A stretch of 64,000 nt of DNA from Meyerozyma guilliermondii (lineage: Eukaryota): the NCBI GenBank assembly GCA_051546255.1, contig CP128821.1, positions 62,001 through 126,000 on the forward strand. The letters are read 5' to 3'. Positions 11,101-21,763 of the stretch are shown here, piece by piece. Below the pieces are notes generated by a model. That model saw nothing but the letters and a program-made list of their open reading frames with translations, was not told where the DNA came from and did not search any database. A program made the position numbers and the translations under genes. The first letter of the stretch is position 1, and each line of letters opens with the position of its first letter.

Positions 11101-11797
11101 ATGGATTACATCAAGAAAGCAATATGGGGCCCGGACCCCAAAGAACAGGTGAGTGGCACAAATATGCAATTTAGGAACACACTAACATCAGATGCGCAAG
11201 ATTAACCAGCTTCTTCGCAAAAACAAGCGAGAACTCGACCGGTCGATGAACCAGTTACAGCCGCTCAAAAAGAAGACAGAATCCTTAATCAAGTCGTCTG
11301 CCAAAAACAAAGACTACAAATCCGCCAAGATATACGCGCGTGAGCTCATCAACATCAACAAGCAATACAACAAGCTCCATCTATCCAAAGCAAGAATAGA
11401 CTCCATTACCATGTCCATCAACGAACAGTACTCAATGACCAAACTTACGCTGTCCCTCCAGACGCTGACGGGGATCATGAGAGACGTGAACCAGCTAGTG
11501 TCGCTTGGGGTGGTGCTGGGCACCATGCAAGAGCTTCAGAAGGAATTGATGAGGGCCGGTATCATCAACGAGATGATGGACGATATGGTGGATCTCGACT
11601 TTGAAGACGACGAGTTGGAGTCGGAGTCGCAAGACGAGGTCAACAAGATCATCCAGAGCCTCACGGAAGACAAACTTTCCAAGATCGAGACCGAGGTTCC
11701 TGCCAGCAACTTTGAAGAAGAAGCACCGATTGCAGACGAGGAAGACACAGAGGCATTGGACGAGATGAGAGAACGACTCAAGGCATTACAGGAGTGA
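11101..11797 (+). CDS. VPS24: ESCRT-III subunit Vps24; exons 11101-11148 and 11192-11797
   Basis: MDYIKKAIWGPDPKEQ|MRKINQLLRKNKRELDR; 43-nt intron GTGAGT..CACTAAC-ATCAG; ELMRAGIINEM and C-terminal MRERLKALQ. Confidence 0.93.
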
Positions 11798-11808
11798 AGG
11801 AGAGCTCG

Positions 11809-12480
11809 TTAGTAGCTTAACAGTAATACAACCATTATGTACAAAAGCCCCGGGAACACCAACGTTTGAGCGTCAGACTTGTGGACAAAGAACGGCATTG
11901 GCGACTCGACATATGTCACAGGAGCAAGAGTTGCACGAGTAGGAGTCGTGTGAGTGGTGTTGACGGGCGTAGTAGCATTGAGTTGGTGTCTTCGTCCGGT
12001 GAATAATCCGTGGCTGTTGTTACTTGCGTAACTCACAAGAAAAGAGGTTGGAATTCGAGGCTGAACAGCTGTGGAATTACCCACCGAAAATGGCCAGAAC
12101 CATTTGCCTCCGTCACAATCATCATCATCCTCGTCGTTGTTCTTGATAGCATCAAAATAAACCCCGGCACTGATGATTTTTCTCGGTTTCTTGACCTGGG
12201 CTGCCTCGACAGAAACGTTTTGGAGCTGGGAAGAATTGACATATTTGACCACTCGATTAGGCTCGAAATGGTCTGTGGTTTCGACCGAAGCAGACGCAAC
12301 CTTGTGGCGCAATTCGAGCCCTCCTTGGATACTACTCATGGATTCTTGAGCCTGTTTTTCTTGAACCATGTTGAGAAGCTCATATAGAAGCTCGAGGTCC
12401 AGAGTACTAAACTCCTTGGCTTGGGAGCTATGGACACAGCTAAGACACAACGCTAAGGAAAGACCCTTGAGTAACTTCAT
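11809..12480 (-). CDS. Putative secreted/GPI-anchored protein, unknown function
   Basis: ATG at 12480 gives signal peptide MKLLKGLSLALCLSCVHSSQA; Thr-rich stalk; hydrophobic C-terminus. Confidence 0.7.
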   Translation of the reverse strand: MKLLKGLSLALCLSCVHSSQAKEFSTLDLELLYELLNMVQEKQAQESMSSIQGGLELRHKVASASVETTDHFEPNRVVKYVNSSQLQNVSVEAAQVKKPRKIISAGVYFDAIKNNDEDDDDCDGGKWFWPFSVGNSTAVQPRIPTSFLVSYASNNSHGLFTGRRHQLNATTPVNTTHTTPTRATLAPVTYVESPMPFFVHKSDAQTLVFPGLLYIMVVLLLSY

Positions 12481-12562
12481 GGTATAGTTTTGTTTAGAAA
12501 AAATGCAAAATTGGCGGTTTTTGTTCACAAATGCATAATAAATGAATCTCCACAAACACGAA

Positions 12563-12874
12563 TCACTGAGTAATTTGTTTGGTCCAATCATCTAATTCGT
12601 CCACCACCGCCTCTAAAGTGTCCACCTGACATTCTATATCTCTTATAATGCTATCATACTGTTCAAACTGCTGCTGAAGTACTTCTTTATCGGTGGCTTG
12701 TTTGTCCAAGACATTGAGACTTTGTTCTAATTTGATGTAGTTGAGAGATTGGTTTGTGTTCAAGTTTTCTAGGAGATTTAGGTCGATAGTGGAGATGTCC
12801 GTGTCTGAGTCGACGAGCCGCGAAAGCGTGGAAAGCCCGTGGTGGATGAGTTTGGGCGTATCCTTCAGAGCCAT
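12563..12874 (-). CDS. BLOC-1 subunit 2-like small coiled-coil protein
   Basis: DLNLLENLN ... LEAVVDELDDWTKQ pattern resembles the BLOC1S2 family; first ATG at 12874. Confidence 0.65.
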   Translation of the reverse strand: MALKDTPKLIHHGLSTLSRLVDSDTDISTIDLNLLENLNTNQSLNYIKLEQSLNVLDKQATDKEVLQQQFEQYDSIIRDIECQVDTLEAVVDELDDWTKQITQ

Positions 12875-12999
12875 GAAATTCAAAATGAAAAATGAAAAAC
12901 GAGAAATAGTGAAAAATGAGTAGGAATATTGTGAGTGAATATTGTAAGTTAATAATATGAATGAATATTGTATAGTCGTTCAGTTATCGTCTATGTACA

Positions 13000-13701
13000 T
13001 TAGCGTCCACGGTACATGCGGTAGAGTGGATCTTTGGACTTTTGCAAATTGGCCCATTTTTTCGTAGGATTCTGGTTGAGTTTCTCCACATAATCCACCT
13101 TTTCAGGCTTCTCTATACAGTGGGTAACACTGACTCGCACGGGAGAATCCTTGTTAATGATCTCAAAGAGCCCAGGAAGTTTATCGGCTGCTTTACGCAA
13201 AGCTTCTTTGGCAACGACTTCGTGGACATTGCCGTCTATCTCGAACAATACTTTACCAGTTGTCACTCTACAAGCCCAGTGATCAAATGCTCCCTTACCC
13301 TTACCCATTCTTGTCTGATTACCCTTGACACACACCGGAGTGTTACACACAAACCGAGTAATGAGTTTTCCATTCGATGGTCGAATCTCACGACGAATGA
13401 CCTTGTCTGCTTCCTGAAGCTGGATGGCCTTCATTCGTATTCCATTAGACTTTAGTCTCAAGCCGTATTTGCCGAACTCAAGACTGTTGCCCTTGATAGA
13501 GCCTCCAGTGTTGACAGAAACCCTTCCTTTGAACGCCTTTCTGATTTGCTTGAATCGAGGAGCGTACTCATGTTTGTCACGCTTGAATATAACAGGCCCA
13601 AAAAACGTTTGCATGCTACTGAGGGCACCTACAGCTGGAATCGAAGCCGTGCTGGGCCTCATCGACATCATAGACCGCCCTAGCGCTCTAAGGCCTAACA
13701 T
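13000..13701 (-). CDS. MRPL16: Mitochondrial ribosomal protein uL16m
   Basis: HEYAPRFK, KGRVSVNTGGS, KGNQTRMGKGKGAFDHWA; ATG at 13701. Confidence 0.95.
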   Translation of the reverse strand: MLGLRALGRSMMSMRPSTASIPAVGALSSMQTFFGPVIFKRDKHEYAPRFKQIRKAFKGRVSVNTGGSIKGNSLEFGKYGLRLKSNGIRMKAIQLQEADKVIRREIRPSNGKLITRFVCNTPVCVKGNQTRMGKGKGAFDHWACRVTTGKVLFEIDGNVHEVVAKEALRKAADKLPGLFEIINKDSPVRVSVTHCIEKPEKVDYVEKLNQNPTKKWANLQKSKDPLYRMYRGR

Positions 13702-13773
13702 TTGTTGAACGAGATTCTCACAAATTTTCAACAGATTTTCAAATGTTATTTACATGCAGGTCGTCGCTATATA

Positions 13774-15129
13774 CTATCTAATTTCCACCTTGTGGTACAG
13801 TTTCAAATCGTCTTCGACTTTGGTCTGAATGGAGTTGATTTCCTGGTTGGTAAGATTGCGTTCCATAGACTGGTAGTTAATCCTGTAGCATTGGGACCGT
13901 TTTCCACTTTTGGGATGGGTAAAGTCGTCTACGAGAGAAACGCTCTCCACCAAGTCGCTACTATGGCCTCTAACAATTTCCATGACATCGTTCTGGTGGA
14001 GCGGAGAGTTTGAAGGGAGCCAGAACGACACATCCCTAGTGATTCCAGGAAACTTGGAGTAGGGAGAAAATGTCGAAATCTTGCCTCTTTCAAATTGTCG
14101 AGTGAACCTTTCATCGACAGACCAGAAAAGTCTAATGTCTGGGATTCCGAAAAGAAGCATTGCAATTCTGTCCAAACCAACTCCAAACGCCCATCCTAGT
14201 TTATCTTCACCCAATTGAGAATTCAAGAGCACATTCTGCTTGACTAGACCACATCCACAGCACTCCAACCATTCTCCTTTCCACCACACTTCGATCTCCC
14301 ACGAAGGACTGGTCCAGGGAAAGTATGCCTCGACCCAGCGCACCTTCAAAGGCTCATTGAGGTACTCTTCGGTAGACCCTGCGAGTCTAGCCGATTCTCG
14401 AGCCGCCTCGAAAACCTGATTCACCATATACTCTAAAGTCTTTTTCAAGTGCTCGGCAATCAACTGGCACTCGGTGTTCGTCATATATGCCTGTTTGGGG
14501 TTTTCAGCATTGAAAGGAACATCTCTAAAAGGATCCTCAACGATGATGTTTGTCTTGGGGATCCGTTCTATGTCTTCTCGAATCACTTGTTCCAAGTTGG
14601 GCGTGTTTTTGGACCATATTCTCGCACCCTCCATTTGGTGAAAAGCTGGATAATGGGTGCGGTCGATCTCATCTTTCCGATAAACGTCGGCAGTAATAAG
14701 ATACCCTGGTGTCTTGCAAGACTGGAAACACTGCTGCTCGTGTGCCGAGGTGTGAGTACGAAGCAAGTGTTCGCCATTGAGGTAATAAGTGTCGGATTTG
14801 CTTCGTCCAGGATGGTCTTGAGGAAATCCAAGAACATCGAAATTTTCATATGTGGTGACTACCGGCTTGAAATCGTTGTAGAATGTGTAGCCCATGTCCC
14901 TGAAGTTTGTCTCTATTAGATCGCGAAGTATTCCGATGGGATGGTTGGGATCCTGGTGCAATTGGCGTTTGGTCAACTCGAGAATGAATGGTGGAACATT
15001 TGTCCACTCGTCGGTTTTGTAAGTTTTTCCATCAAGGTTGATTTCTGGAGGATACTGAGCAAGATTCCGCACGCCGGCAAGCCTGAGGGGGCGAATTCTG
15101 GCCCCGAACCGTGCCAATCTCAAAAGCAT
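13774..15129 (-). CDS. MSF1: Mitochondrial phenylalanyl-tRNA synthetase
   Basis: DHPGRSKSDTYY, LLRTHTSAH, FHQMEG, YFPWTSPSWEIEV, GWAFGVGLDRIAM; ATG at 15129 with Arg-rich presequence. Confidence 0.96.
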   Translation of the reverse strand: MLLRLARFGARIRPLRLAGVRNLAQYPPEINLDGKTYKTDEWTNVPPFILELTKRQLHQDPNHPIGILRDLIETNFRDMGYTFYNDFKPVVTTYENFDVLGFPQDHPGRSKSDTYYLNGEHLLRTHTSAHEQQCFQSCKTPGYLITADVYRKDEIDRTHYPAFHQMEGARIWSKNTPNLEQVIREDIERIPKTNIIVEDPFRDVPFNAENPKQAYMTNTECQLIAEHLKKTLEYMVNQVFEAARESARLAGSTEEYLNEPLKVRWVEAYFPWTSPSWEIEVWWKGEWLECCGCGLVKQNVLLNSQLGEDKLGWAFGVGLDRIAMLLFGIPDIRLFWSVDERFTRQFERGKISTFSPYSKFPGITRDVSFWLPSNSPLHQNDVMEIVRGHSSDLVESVSLVDDFTHPKSGKRSQCYRINYQSMERNLTNQEINSIQTKVEDDLKLYHKVEIR

Positions 15130-15456
15130 AAGGTCGTTGATTTGACTTTTCTGAGAAATCTTATGAGAGTGACTGCATATAAGTGAAAACATTGAAGAGT
15201 ACAGAAGACGGGATAACTTTGGGTTGGCATATACATTCTGGCCAAAAGACTCAATTGGCTCGATTGGACTCAATTGGACTCAGTTTTACAATAAAATTTA
15301 TAAAGAAGTCCTCGATTTCAAAAACAGAATATTCAAGTCCATTGGTAGAGAAGCAGAGACTACTCATGAATAATCATGTATTCTAGTCCTTTTCGTATGT
15401 ACATTCTATCCCTAGTTCGTTATGGTATCTTCGTGACTGTCCCTCGTCTATCCTGC

Positions 15457-17205
15457 TTACCACGTTTCTTGGATATACCGACCATTACTCTCCATCTCAA
15501 GCAAATATTTCGCAGCCTCATCATTGGAAATTTGGCCGATTTCTTGTAAAATCTCGGTAAGTGTGATCCTCACTTGTGTAGGCATCGAGCCGCTTGAACC
15601 ACAAATAAAGATAGTGGCCCCCTCTTTGAGAAGAAGATCTCCCACCAACTTTTTTTGTTGGTAAAGGTTATGCTGAACGTATTTTATGTTTGAACCATCT
15701 CGCGAGAAACATGGGTAGAAATGAAGTTTATTCTGTTGTTGTAAACCCTCCCATAGATCCAGAAAGAGGTAATCTTTTCCGTGGTTTCTGCATCCATAAA
15801 AGAGGTAGAGAGGTGGAGAGCCAGCCATAGCTTTCTCTTCGATCAAAGATTTCATGGGTGCAATGCCAGTGCCTGGAGCCACCATTATGATGGGTTTATT
15901 GGAGAAAAATATGTTGGATTCATGAATGGTGAAGGCAAGATTTGTGTTTGGGGCCATTTCTTTCAACCATTTACTGCACAATCCACGGCGGATTCGTCTA
16001 ATGATAGTTTTGTACTCCACGAGCCCAACAACAATTTCCACCAGACTGGATGAGGGCCGTGAAGCTATCAGGAACAACCGGGGATGGATGAGCGGGAAGA
16101 TATCCATGATATAGGCAATGGGAATCTCGAGATTTTCGTGAAATTCCTGGATAGTTTCTAGTATCAGGCGTCGGGGACGGTTGGCATAATTATACAAATC
16201 CTCACTGTCTTCAAACTTGCTGAATTCACGAAGTTTTTCCTTTTCTCGGGCACCATCTTCAGAAGACGAGTCTACGAAATGCCAAAGGGAAAAGAAGAAC
16301 GAATGGCGAGGCACTGCCGAAAGATCAATGTGATACTTCAACAACGATCTTAATGTGAGACACTTTTTGTCGATGAACCCACCTTCGATATGAGGCAATC
16401 TTCCCAGGATTTCCAAAGGCTTATCAACAAAAGGAATCCAATGCGGTTGCAATTGGATCAACTGCTCCACGGAATCGTCGTCGTTGCTGGGATAGAGTGC
16501 TAGGGTGTCTCCAGGAACATAATTTAAATCTTCAGCAGTGATGATTATATGACGAACATCTTGAAAATGATCTGGTGCTGTTACCCTCTTATTTTGAACC
16601 AATGTTCCAATCCGCAACTCGGGGCGAGACGTGGCTATGGTTTTGTTTCCCAAAGTGTCGATATCTTGTTCCGTATCAACGACCTTTACGGGTGTTTCTG
16701 GAGGTAGCACAAATTCGGTATCGAGCTCAACAACATTACATTTTGTCTGAAGCGTGCTAGTAAGCGCAAATTCCCACTCACTATAGAACTTATCCACCCC
16801 TTCTGGTGCTTGTTCGTCCGCCTCACACCGTAAACATAACTCTTGACACCCCAATTGCATTAGTCTAGCATGCAACTTTCGAATGGCATAGTTGAACTTT
16901 GGGTACGAAGAATCGCCTAGTCCAAAGCTGGTGATCTCCAAGTGATTCAACAAGTCTCTAGGAAGCTTTTTGCGGAGCAAGAACTTGAAAAACTTTCTGG
17001 CGTTTCGAGGAAGTTCTCCTTGACCAGTGGTAGAACATATTATAATCAAAAATCGAGTCTCTGTAACCAAATTTTTTAGTGGAAAATCGTCTAATGGTGA
17101 CAATATCGGACTCAAGTTCAAGTAGCGGAGCCTTTTCGATAAATATCGTGCGTATTCCTGGGCATTACCTGTTTCGGATCCATACAAGATGGTAACGCCA
17201 GACAT
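15457..17205 (-). CDS. TAH18: NADPH-dependent diflavin oxidoreductase
   Basis: ILYGSETGNAQ, CSTTGQG, GLGDSSYPKFN, PGTGIAP, C-terminal RYIQETW. Confidence 0.94.
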   Translation of the reverse strand: MSGVTILYGSETGNAQEYARYLSKRLRYLNLSPILSPLDDFPLKNLVTETRFLIIICSTTGQGELPRNARKFFKFLLRKKLPRDLLNHLEITSFGLGDSSYPKFNYAIRKLHARLMQLGCQELCLRCEADEQAPEGVDKFYSEWEFALTSTLQTKCNVVELDTEFVLPPETPVKVVDTEQDIDTLGNKTIATSRPELRIGTLVQNKRVTAPDHFQDVRHIIITAEDLNYVPGDTLALYPSNDDDSVEQLIQLQPHWIPFVDKPLEILGRLPHIEGGFIDKKCLTLRSLLKYHIDLSAVPRHSFFFSLWHFVDSSSEDGAREKEKLREFSKFEDSEDLYNYANRPRRLILETIQEFHENLEIPIAYIMDIFPLIHPRLFLIASRPSSSLVEIVVGLVEYKTIIRRIRRGLCSKWLKEMAPNTNLAFTIHESNIFFSNKPIIMVAPGTGIAPMKSLIEEKAMAGSPPLYLFYGCRNHGKDYLFLDLWEGLQQQNKLHFYPCFSRDGSNIKYVQHNLYQQKKLVGDLLLKEGATIFICGSSGSMPTQVRITLTEILQEIGQISNDEAAKYLLEMESNGRYIQETW

Positions 17206-17497
17206 GATTTGAAGGTGCTCGAGATTGAAAATATAGCGGGTCCTGCAGGTAGTCGTGGTGCTGCAGAAAAGACACTCTCCAGACTATTCAAAAGGTTACC
17301 AAAAACCCGCAAAAAGCAGAAATATAAGAGACAAACTATAATCTTGTATAGTGGGGGCTACCTCGATTCCGTGTGTCTCTTTCCGTCCATTTTCGATAAC
17401 TATATCCTCGTTATCTCGTACTCTCTTCTAACCACCCTTTTCTCTCCTGCATAAACCCGCACCGATTTCCATCGTTCAATTCCACAACACTATCTTC

Positions 17498-19183
17498 ATG
17501 GCTCCCAAGCGAAAATCTGGCGCCGTTTCGAGTGCGGCCAAGCGGCCCAAGGTCGACGCTGCGAGTCTCAAGGACTTTATTTCTTCTGTGTTAAGGTTGG
17601 TTAATGAGCTCAAAGACCCATCAGAAGAGCGTGTTTTGGTGGCTCCGTTCGTAAAACTTCCGCCTAAAAAAGTGTATCCTGACTACTATGAGATCATCAA
17701 AGAGCCGATAAGTCTTTCCGACATCCAGAAGAAGGAGGCTAAGGACAAATATCCCGACACAGCTTCGTTTTTGGACGATTTCAAGTTGTTGGAGGAAAAT
17801 GCAAAAACGTACAACGACCCAGATTCATGGATTGCCGTGGATGCAAAACAGATATATGATTTTGTCAAAGACCAGGTGGACTCTTATAATAGCGTTGTCG
17901 AAGAAAAGCCTTCGAAGTCCAAATCTAAGCTGGTAAAGATAAAGAGAGAAGTTGCGTCGAAACCGGTCGATGACGACGAGACAGTCACCAGTGCCAACTT
18001 GACACATTTGTGTATTGATTTGTTGTACAAGGTGATAGAGCACGAGTTTCCAGACGTGGGAATCATCAGCGGTCCTTTCATGGATAATATTGACCGCAGA
18101 GAATACCCCGAGTATTTCCAGGTGATCAGGAGTCCAACCTCGTTCAATAATGTTCTCAAAAAGTTGGACAAACGTAAGATTTTCACGTCCAAGACACCTC
18201 TTGACGAATCTCTTCAAGCTTTCTACGACGCTACCAAGCTTATATTCACCAATGCCCAAACATTCAATGATCCTAGTTCGTTAATTCATCAAGATGCCGT
18301 GAAGTTGTCCGACTACTTTGAGGAACTTTTTCAAGACCTAAAATCTCGTATAGAGCAGCAAGAGCAAAAGACAAAACTCAAGTTGAAATTGAAGCCTTCG
18401 GGTCAAAGTAAAGTCAAATTGAATCTAAAACTCAAAGACGACAAGGATGGTTTAGCAGGCGACGACGAGGCAGATGAGCCACAGGTGACTGAGTCCGACA
18501 CCATGGGAAAGACGACATCGCGGCTTACGCCCAATGAAATGTTCATACAGTTGTTTTCGTTTGCAACTTCGAACTCAAGCGTCACCCATTTGACCCAACA
18601 GTACCACCACCAAATGAACAATACTTCGCACGTTCCCACCATGTCAAAAGCTCAAATATCCAAGGCATCATTGTTCCCCACACATCCAGCAAGCGCATCC
18701 AACTCTATAGTCGAGTACCAGTACCCATCGACTGGGTTTGCTACTCAATCTTACTGTATCTCGTTGCCGCCCGACGGGTTCACATTTTACACTTTCAAAG
18801 TCTGCCTTCACAAGTTGTTGTATGACATCAAAAGAAAGGATTTGGAGACTGGGCTGGGTCTTCTGACGTCAGATGACGATTTTCAATGCAAACTTTTCGT
18901 TAATGAAGATGAGGTTCACAGCGGTATGAATGTCTATGAAGACTACAGAAACAAGTCGAAATTACTTTCGTACCAGTATGACCTTCGCTTGTGCAATGGA
19001 CTCAATGTTATCACATTCGAGTGCAAAGTTGCGCCGACTGTGAGTAAGCAGATCAAGGGAGACAGAGTCAAAAATGAGACCGATGAAACCTCGGGTCGCC
19101 ATACAAGAAATCAACTACAACAAGCCAAGATGTCGTGGGACGTGGAAAGAATCAACTTTAATGTTATATGCAACAGCACGTAG
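17498..19183 (+). CDS. RSC4: RSC complex tandem-bromodomain subunit
   Basis: Two bromodomains (YPDYYEIIKEPISL..NAKTYND; YPEYFQVI..NAQTFND). Confidence 0.85.
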   Translation: MAPKRKSGAVSSAAKRPKVDAASLKDFISSVLRLVNELKDPSEERVLVAPFVKLPPKKVYPDYYEIIKEPISLSDIQKKEAKDKYPDTASFLDDFKLLEENAKTYNDPDSWIAVDAKQIYDFVKDQVDSYNSVVEEKPSKSKSKLVKIKREVASKPVDDDETVTSANLTHLCIDLLYKVIEHEFPDVGIISGPFMDNIDRREYPEYFQVIRSPTSFNNVLKKLDKRKIFTSKTPLDESLQAFYDATKLIFTNAQTFNDPSSLIHQDAVKLSDYFEELFQDLKSRIEQQEQKTKLKLKLKPSGQSKVKLNLKLKDDKDGLAGDDEADEPQVTESDTMGKTTSRLTPNEMFIQLFSFATSNSSVTHLTQQYHHQMNNTSHVPTMSKAQISKASLFPTHPASASNSIVEYQYPSTGFATQSYCISLPPDGFTFYTFKVCLHKLLYDIKRKDLETGLGLLTSDDDFQCKLFVNEDEVHSGMNVYEDYRNKSKLLSYQYDLRLCNGLNVITFECKVAPTVSKQIKGDRVKNETDETSGRHTRNQLQQAKMSWDVERINFNVICNST

Positions 19184-19185
19184 CC

Positions 19186-20697
19186 CTATTTACCTATACA
19201 GAAACTAGAGAATACAATTCCCAAAATTTCTTCAACACCAACTGCGTCGCCAGTGATTTTACCTATACCCTCCACCGATTGGCGCAAACTTTCAGAAGCC
19301 AAAACCACATCTTCTTGGTCTCTCCAATACTGAAACTCTTTAAAACCATGAAGAACATCGTTTACTAGCAAGTCTCGAGTCCGAGTTGAGACTATGATAG
19401 GGTCTGATGTGGTGACATTTTGGAACTCAGAAACAAGCGATTTTGCAAGAGAGTCGATTCCTTCTCCAGTATTGCAAGAAACAAAGTGGAATAGTGGCTT
19501 TTCAATGCCAAATACTCTGCTATATTTTTCTAATAGATTTTTGTTGAGAGTTTCGTTACTCAAATCTCTCTTGTTGAAAACGACAATTATTCTCTTTTTA
19601 TGTTGCGTTAGCTGTTTTATGTGCTCGAGAAAAGAATCATCAACAACTGGCTTGTCCACTGGTAGCACCAAGAGCACTATATCAGAAGTTAGTGAGGCTG
19701 CTTTTGCTCGTTTAATACCCTCTTTTTCAATGGTATCTGCGTCTTCCAAAGATCTGATTCCAGCAGTGTCTCCAATTATGATCTTGTAGCCGTTTATATC
19801 CAAAGGTATATCAATGATATCTCTGGTTGTTCCTGCTATTTCACTGACGATAGCAGCATTTTTGGAAGCCAAGCAATTTAACAAGGAAGACTTGCCGGCA
19901 TTAGGAGGACCCAATAAGCTCAATTTGATTCCATTAAGAAGTACCTGTGACCTTTCTGCTCTGTAGAGGTATTCCCTGATGCTAGATTCCAACTGGTGAA
20001 TGTTGGCACCCACTTGACCAAATAGTTGTGAGACTTCTTCAATATCGTGATCTTCTCCAAAGTCTATAACCGTAGTCAAAAGGGCCACGTTCCGTGCAAT
20101 TTCTTGTCGCCAGCTCCTGAACAAACCACTGTTCGAGCCGTCCATGGATGCAAGAGATGCCAATCGTTGCGACTCTGTTTCAGCATCGATCATTTCTCGT
20201 ATACCCTCGATTTCCATCAAATCGTATTTTCCATTGATGAACGCTCGGCGTGAAAATTCTCCGTTTTCAGCATACCTGATGAATATCTGCTTTTCGGGCT
20301 GATGGAGCTCTTCTATAGCTTTCAACACTGATTGTACGACAGCAGTTCCACCATGTAGATGGAGTTCTAGTAAATCTTCACCGGTATAAGTATGAGGAGC
20401 CTGAAAGAATAATGTCAACGCATTATCCAATTGCACTCCAGATCGACTAGAGTACAAGTTCCGAACAGCAGCAACACGAGGAAGAGGCTCGGACTCTTTT
20501 TTGGTCAATTTTTTGTAAATATATCGAGATTGTGAGCCAGATATTCTGACGACGCCAATGGCAGCGCGGCCCATTTTTGTGGATAAAGCGTATATTGTGG
20601 GACTGTAATCGCTTGTAGCCACTCTTCTGTAAGGTTGTACCATTCTCAGTGGAACAGGAGACCGCAATAGTCGCTTAACATTGCACAACAAGTTCAT
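19186..20697 (-). CDS. MSS1: Mitochondrial tRNA modification GTPase (MnmE)
   Basis: PTIYALST, YTGEDLLELHLHGG, GPPNAGKSSL, GTTRD, DTAGIR, C-terminal FCIGK. Confidence 0.96.
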   Translation of the reverse strand: MNLLCNVKRLLRSPVPLRMVQPYRRVATSDYSPTIYALSTKMGRAAIGVVRISGSQSRYIYKKLTKKESEPLPRVAAVRNLYSSRSGVQLDNALTLFFQAPHTYTGEDLLELHLHGGTAVVQSVLKAIEELHQPEKQIFIRYAENGEFSRRAFINGKYDLMEIEGIREMIDAETESQRLASLASMDGSNSGLFRSWRQEIARNVALLTTVIDFGEDHDIEEVSQLFGQVGANIHQLESSIREYLYRAERSQVLLNGIKLSLLGPPNAGKSSLLNCLASKNAAIVSEIAGTTRDIIDIPLDINGYKIIIGDTAGIRSLEDADTIEKEGIKRAKAASLTSDIVLLVLPVDKPVVDDSFLEHIKQLTQHKKRIIVVFNKRDLSNETLNKNLLEKYSRVFGIEKPLFHFVSCNTGEGIDSLAKSLVSEFQNVTTSDPIIVSTRTRDLLVNDVLHGFKEFQYWRDQEDVVLASESLRQSVEGIGKITGDAVGVEEILGIVFSSFCIGK

Positions 20698-20744
20698 GTT
20701 GCAACTGACTAAATCTGAAAGTTCGCGCGAATCGATCAGATCCG

Positions 20745-21686
20745 ATGAGCTTCTCCAGGTTGCAAGAGATGAAAATTATATTCCCACACATCCCCCAAGG
20801 GCTACCCAGGACCTTTCAATTGGCTTCTAGGTGCCAGCTACACTACTCCAGACCTGTCAAAGCTCACGAAAATCCCTTGGGACTTCCTCGGAAACCGGGC
20901 ACAATGTCCCAAGGCTTGCCGATCAAAAGGACGATTCCTGGTGTAAAGAAGATTGTTTTGGTTTCCTCAGCCAAGGGGGGAGTAGGCAAGTCCACGGTGA
21001 CCGCCAATCTAGCGCTTTCTTTGCAGAAATTGGGCAAAAAAGTTGGTGTTCTTGATGCTGACTTATTTGGTCCGTCCATTCCAAGACTCTTCAAATTAGA
21101 AGGAGAGCCCCGACTTTCGTCGGAAGGGAAACTCTTGCCGCTCTCCAACTACGGTATAGAAACCATGTCGATGGGCTATTTGATCAAGCCGGAAAATCCT
21201 GTGGTTTGGCGTGGATTAATGGTGATGAAGGCTCTCCAGCAACTTTTATTCGAGGTTCAATGGTCTGGTTTGGACTACTTGGTCATAGACATGCCCCCGG
21301 GAACAGGCGACACCCAATTGACCATAAGCCAGCAACTCAAGGTGACAGGTGCTGTTATAGTGACCACACCTCAGGATATCGCACTTATCGATGCCGTGAA
21401 GGGCATAGCCATGTACGAAAAAGTGAACATTCCCGTGCTAGGATTGGTCCAGAATATGAGCTACTACTTGTGCCCCAACTGTAACCACGAGTCTCATATT
21501 TTTGGTAACGACGGAGCCATTCGAGAAGCAGAGAAACGGAACATCGATGTCTTGGGTTCGATCCCCTTAAACGAGGATATATGTCTTCAGTCTGACCGGG
21601 GAAAGCCTGTGGTTGCTTCACACCCCGAAACACCATTGTCGGAACCATACATATCCATTGCTCAAAAGTTGCTTTTGAAGATATAG
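20745..21686 (+). CDS. IND1: Mrp/NBP35-family P-loop NTPase, mitochondrial Ind1/NUBPL type (complex I Fe-S assembly)
   Basis: SSAKGGVGKST, VWRGLMVMKALQQLL, DMPPGTGD, CPNC; presequence-like N-terminus with HENPLGLP. Start could be 20769. Confidence 0.85.
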   Translation: MSFSRLQEMKIIFPHIPQGLPRTFQLASRCQLHYSRPVKAHENPLGLPRKPGTMSQGLPIKRTIPGVKKIVLVSSAKGGVGKSTVTANLALSLQKLGKKVGVLDADLFGPSIPRLFKLEGEPRLSSEGKLLPLSNYGIETMSMGYLIKPENPVVWRGLMVMKALQQLLFEVQWSGLDYLVIDMPPGTGDTQLTISQQLKVTGAVIVTTPQDIALIDAVKGIAMYEKVNIPVLGLVQNMSYYLCPNCNHESHIFGNDGAIREAEKRNIDVLGSIPLNEDICLQSDRGKPVVASHPETPLSEPYISIAQKLLLKI

Positions 21687-21763
21687 TGTATTTGTGCACG
21701 GTTGCAAATTTAAACCCATAATCAAAGCGACGAATTTTTCGACAAATTTTTGGAAGTGTTGCG

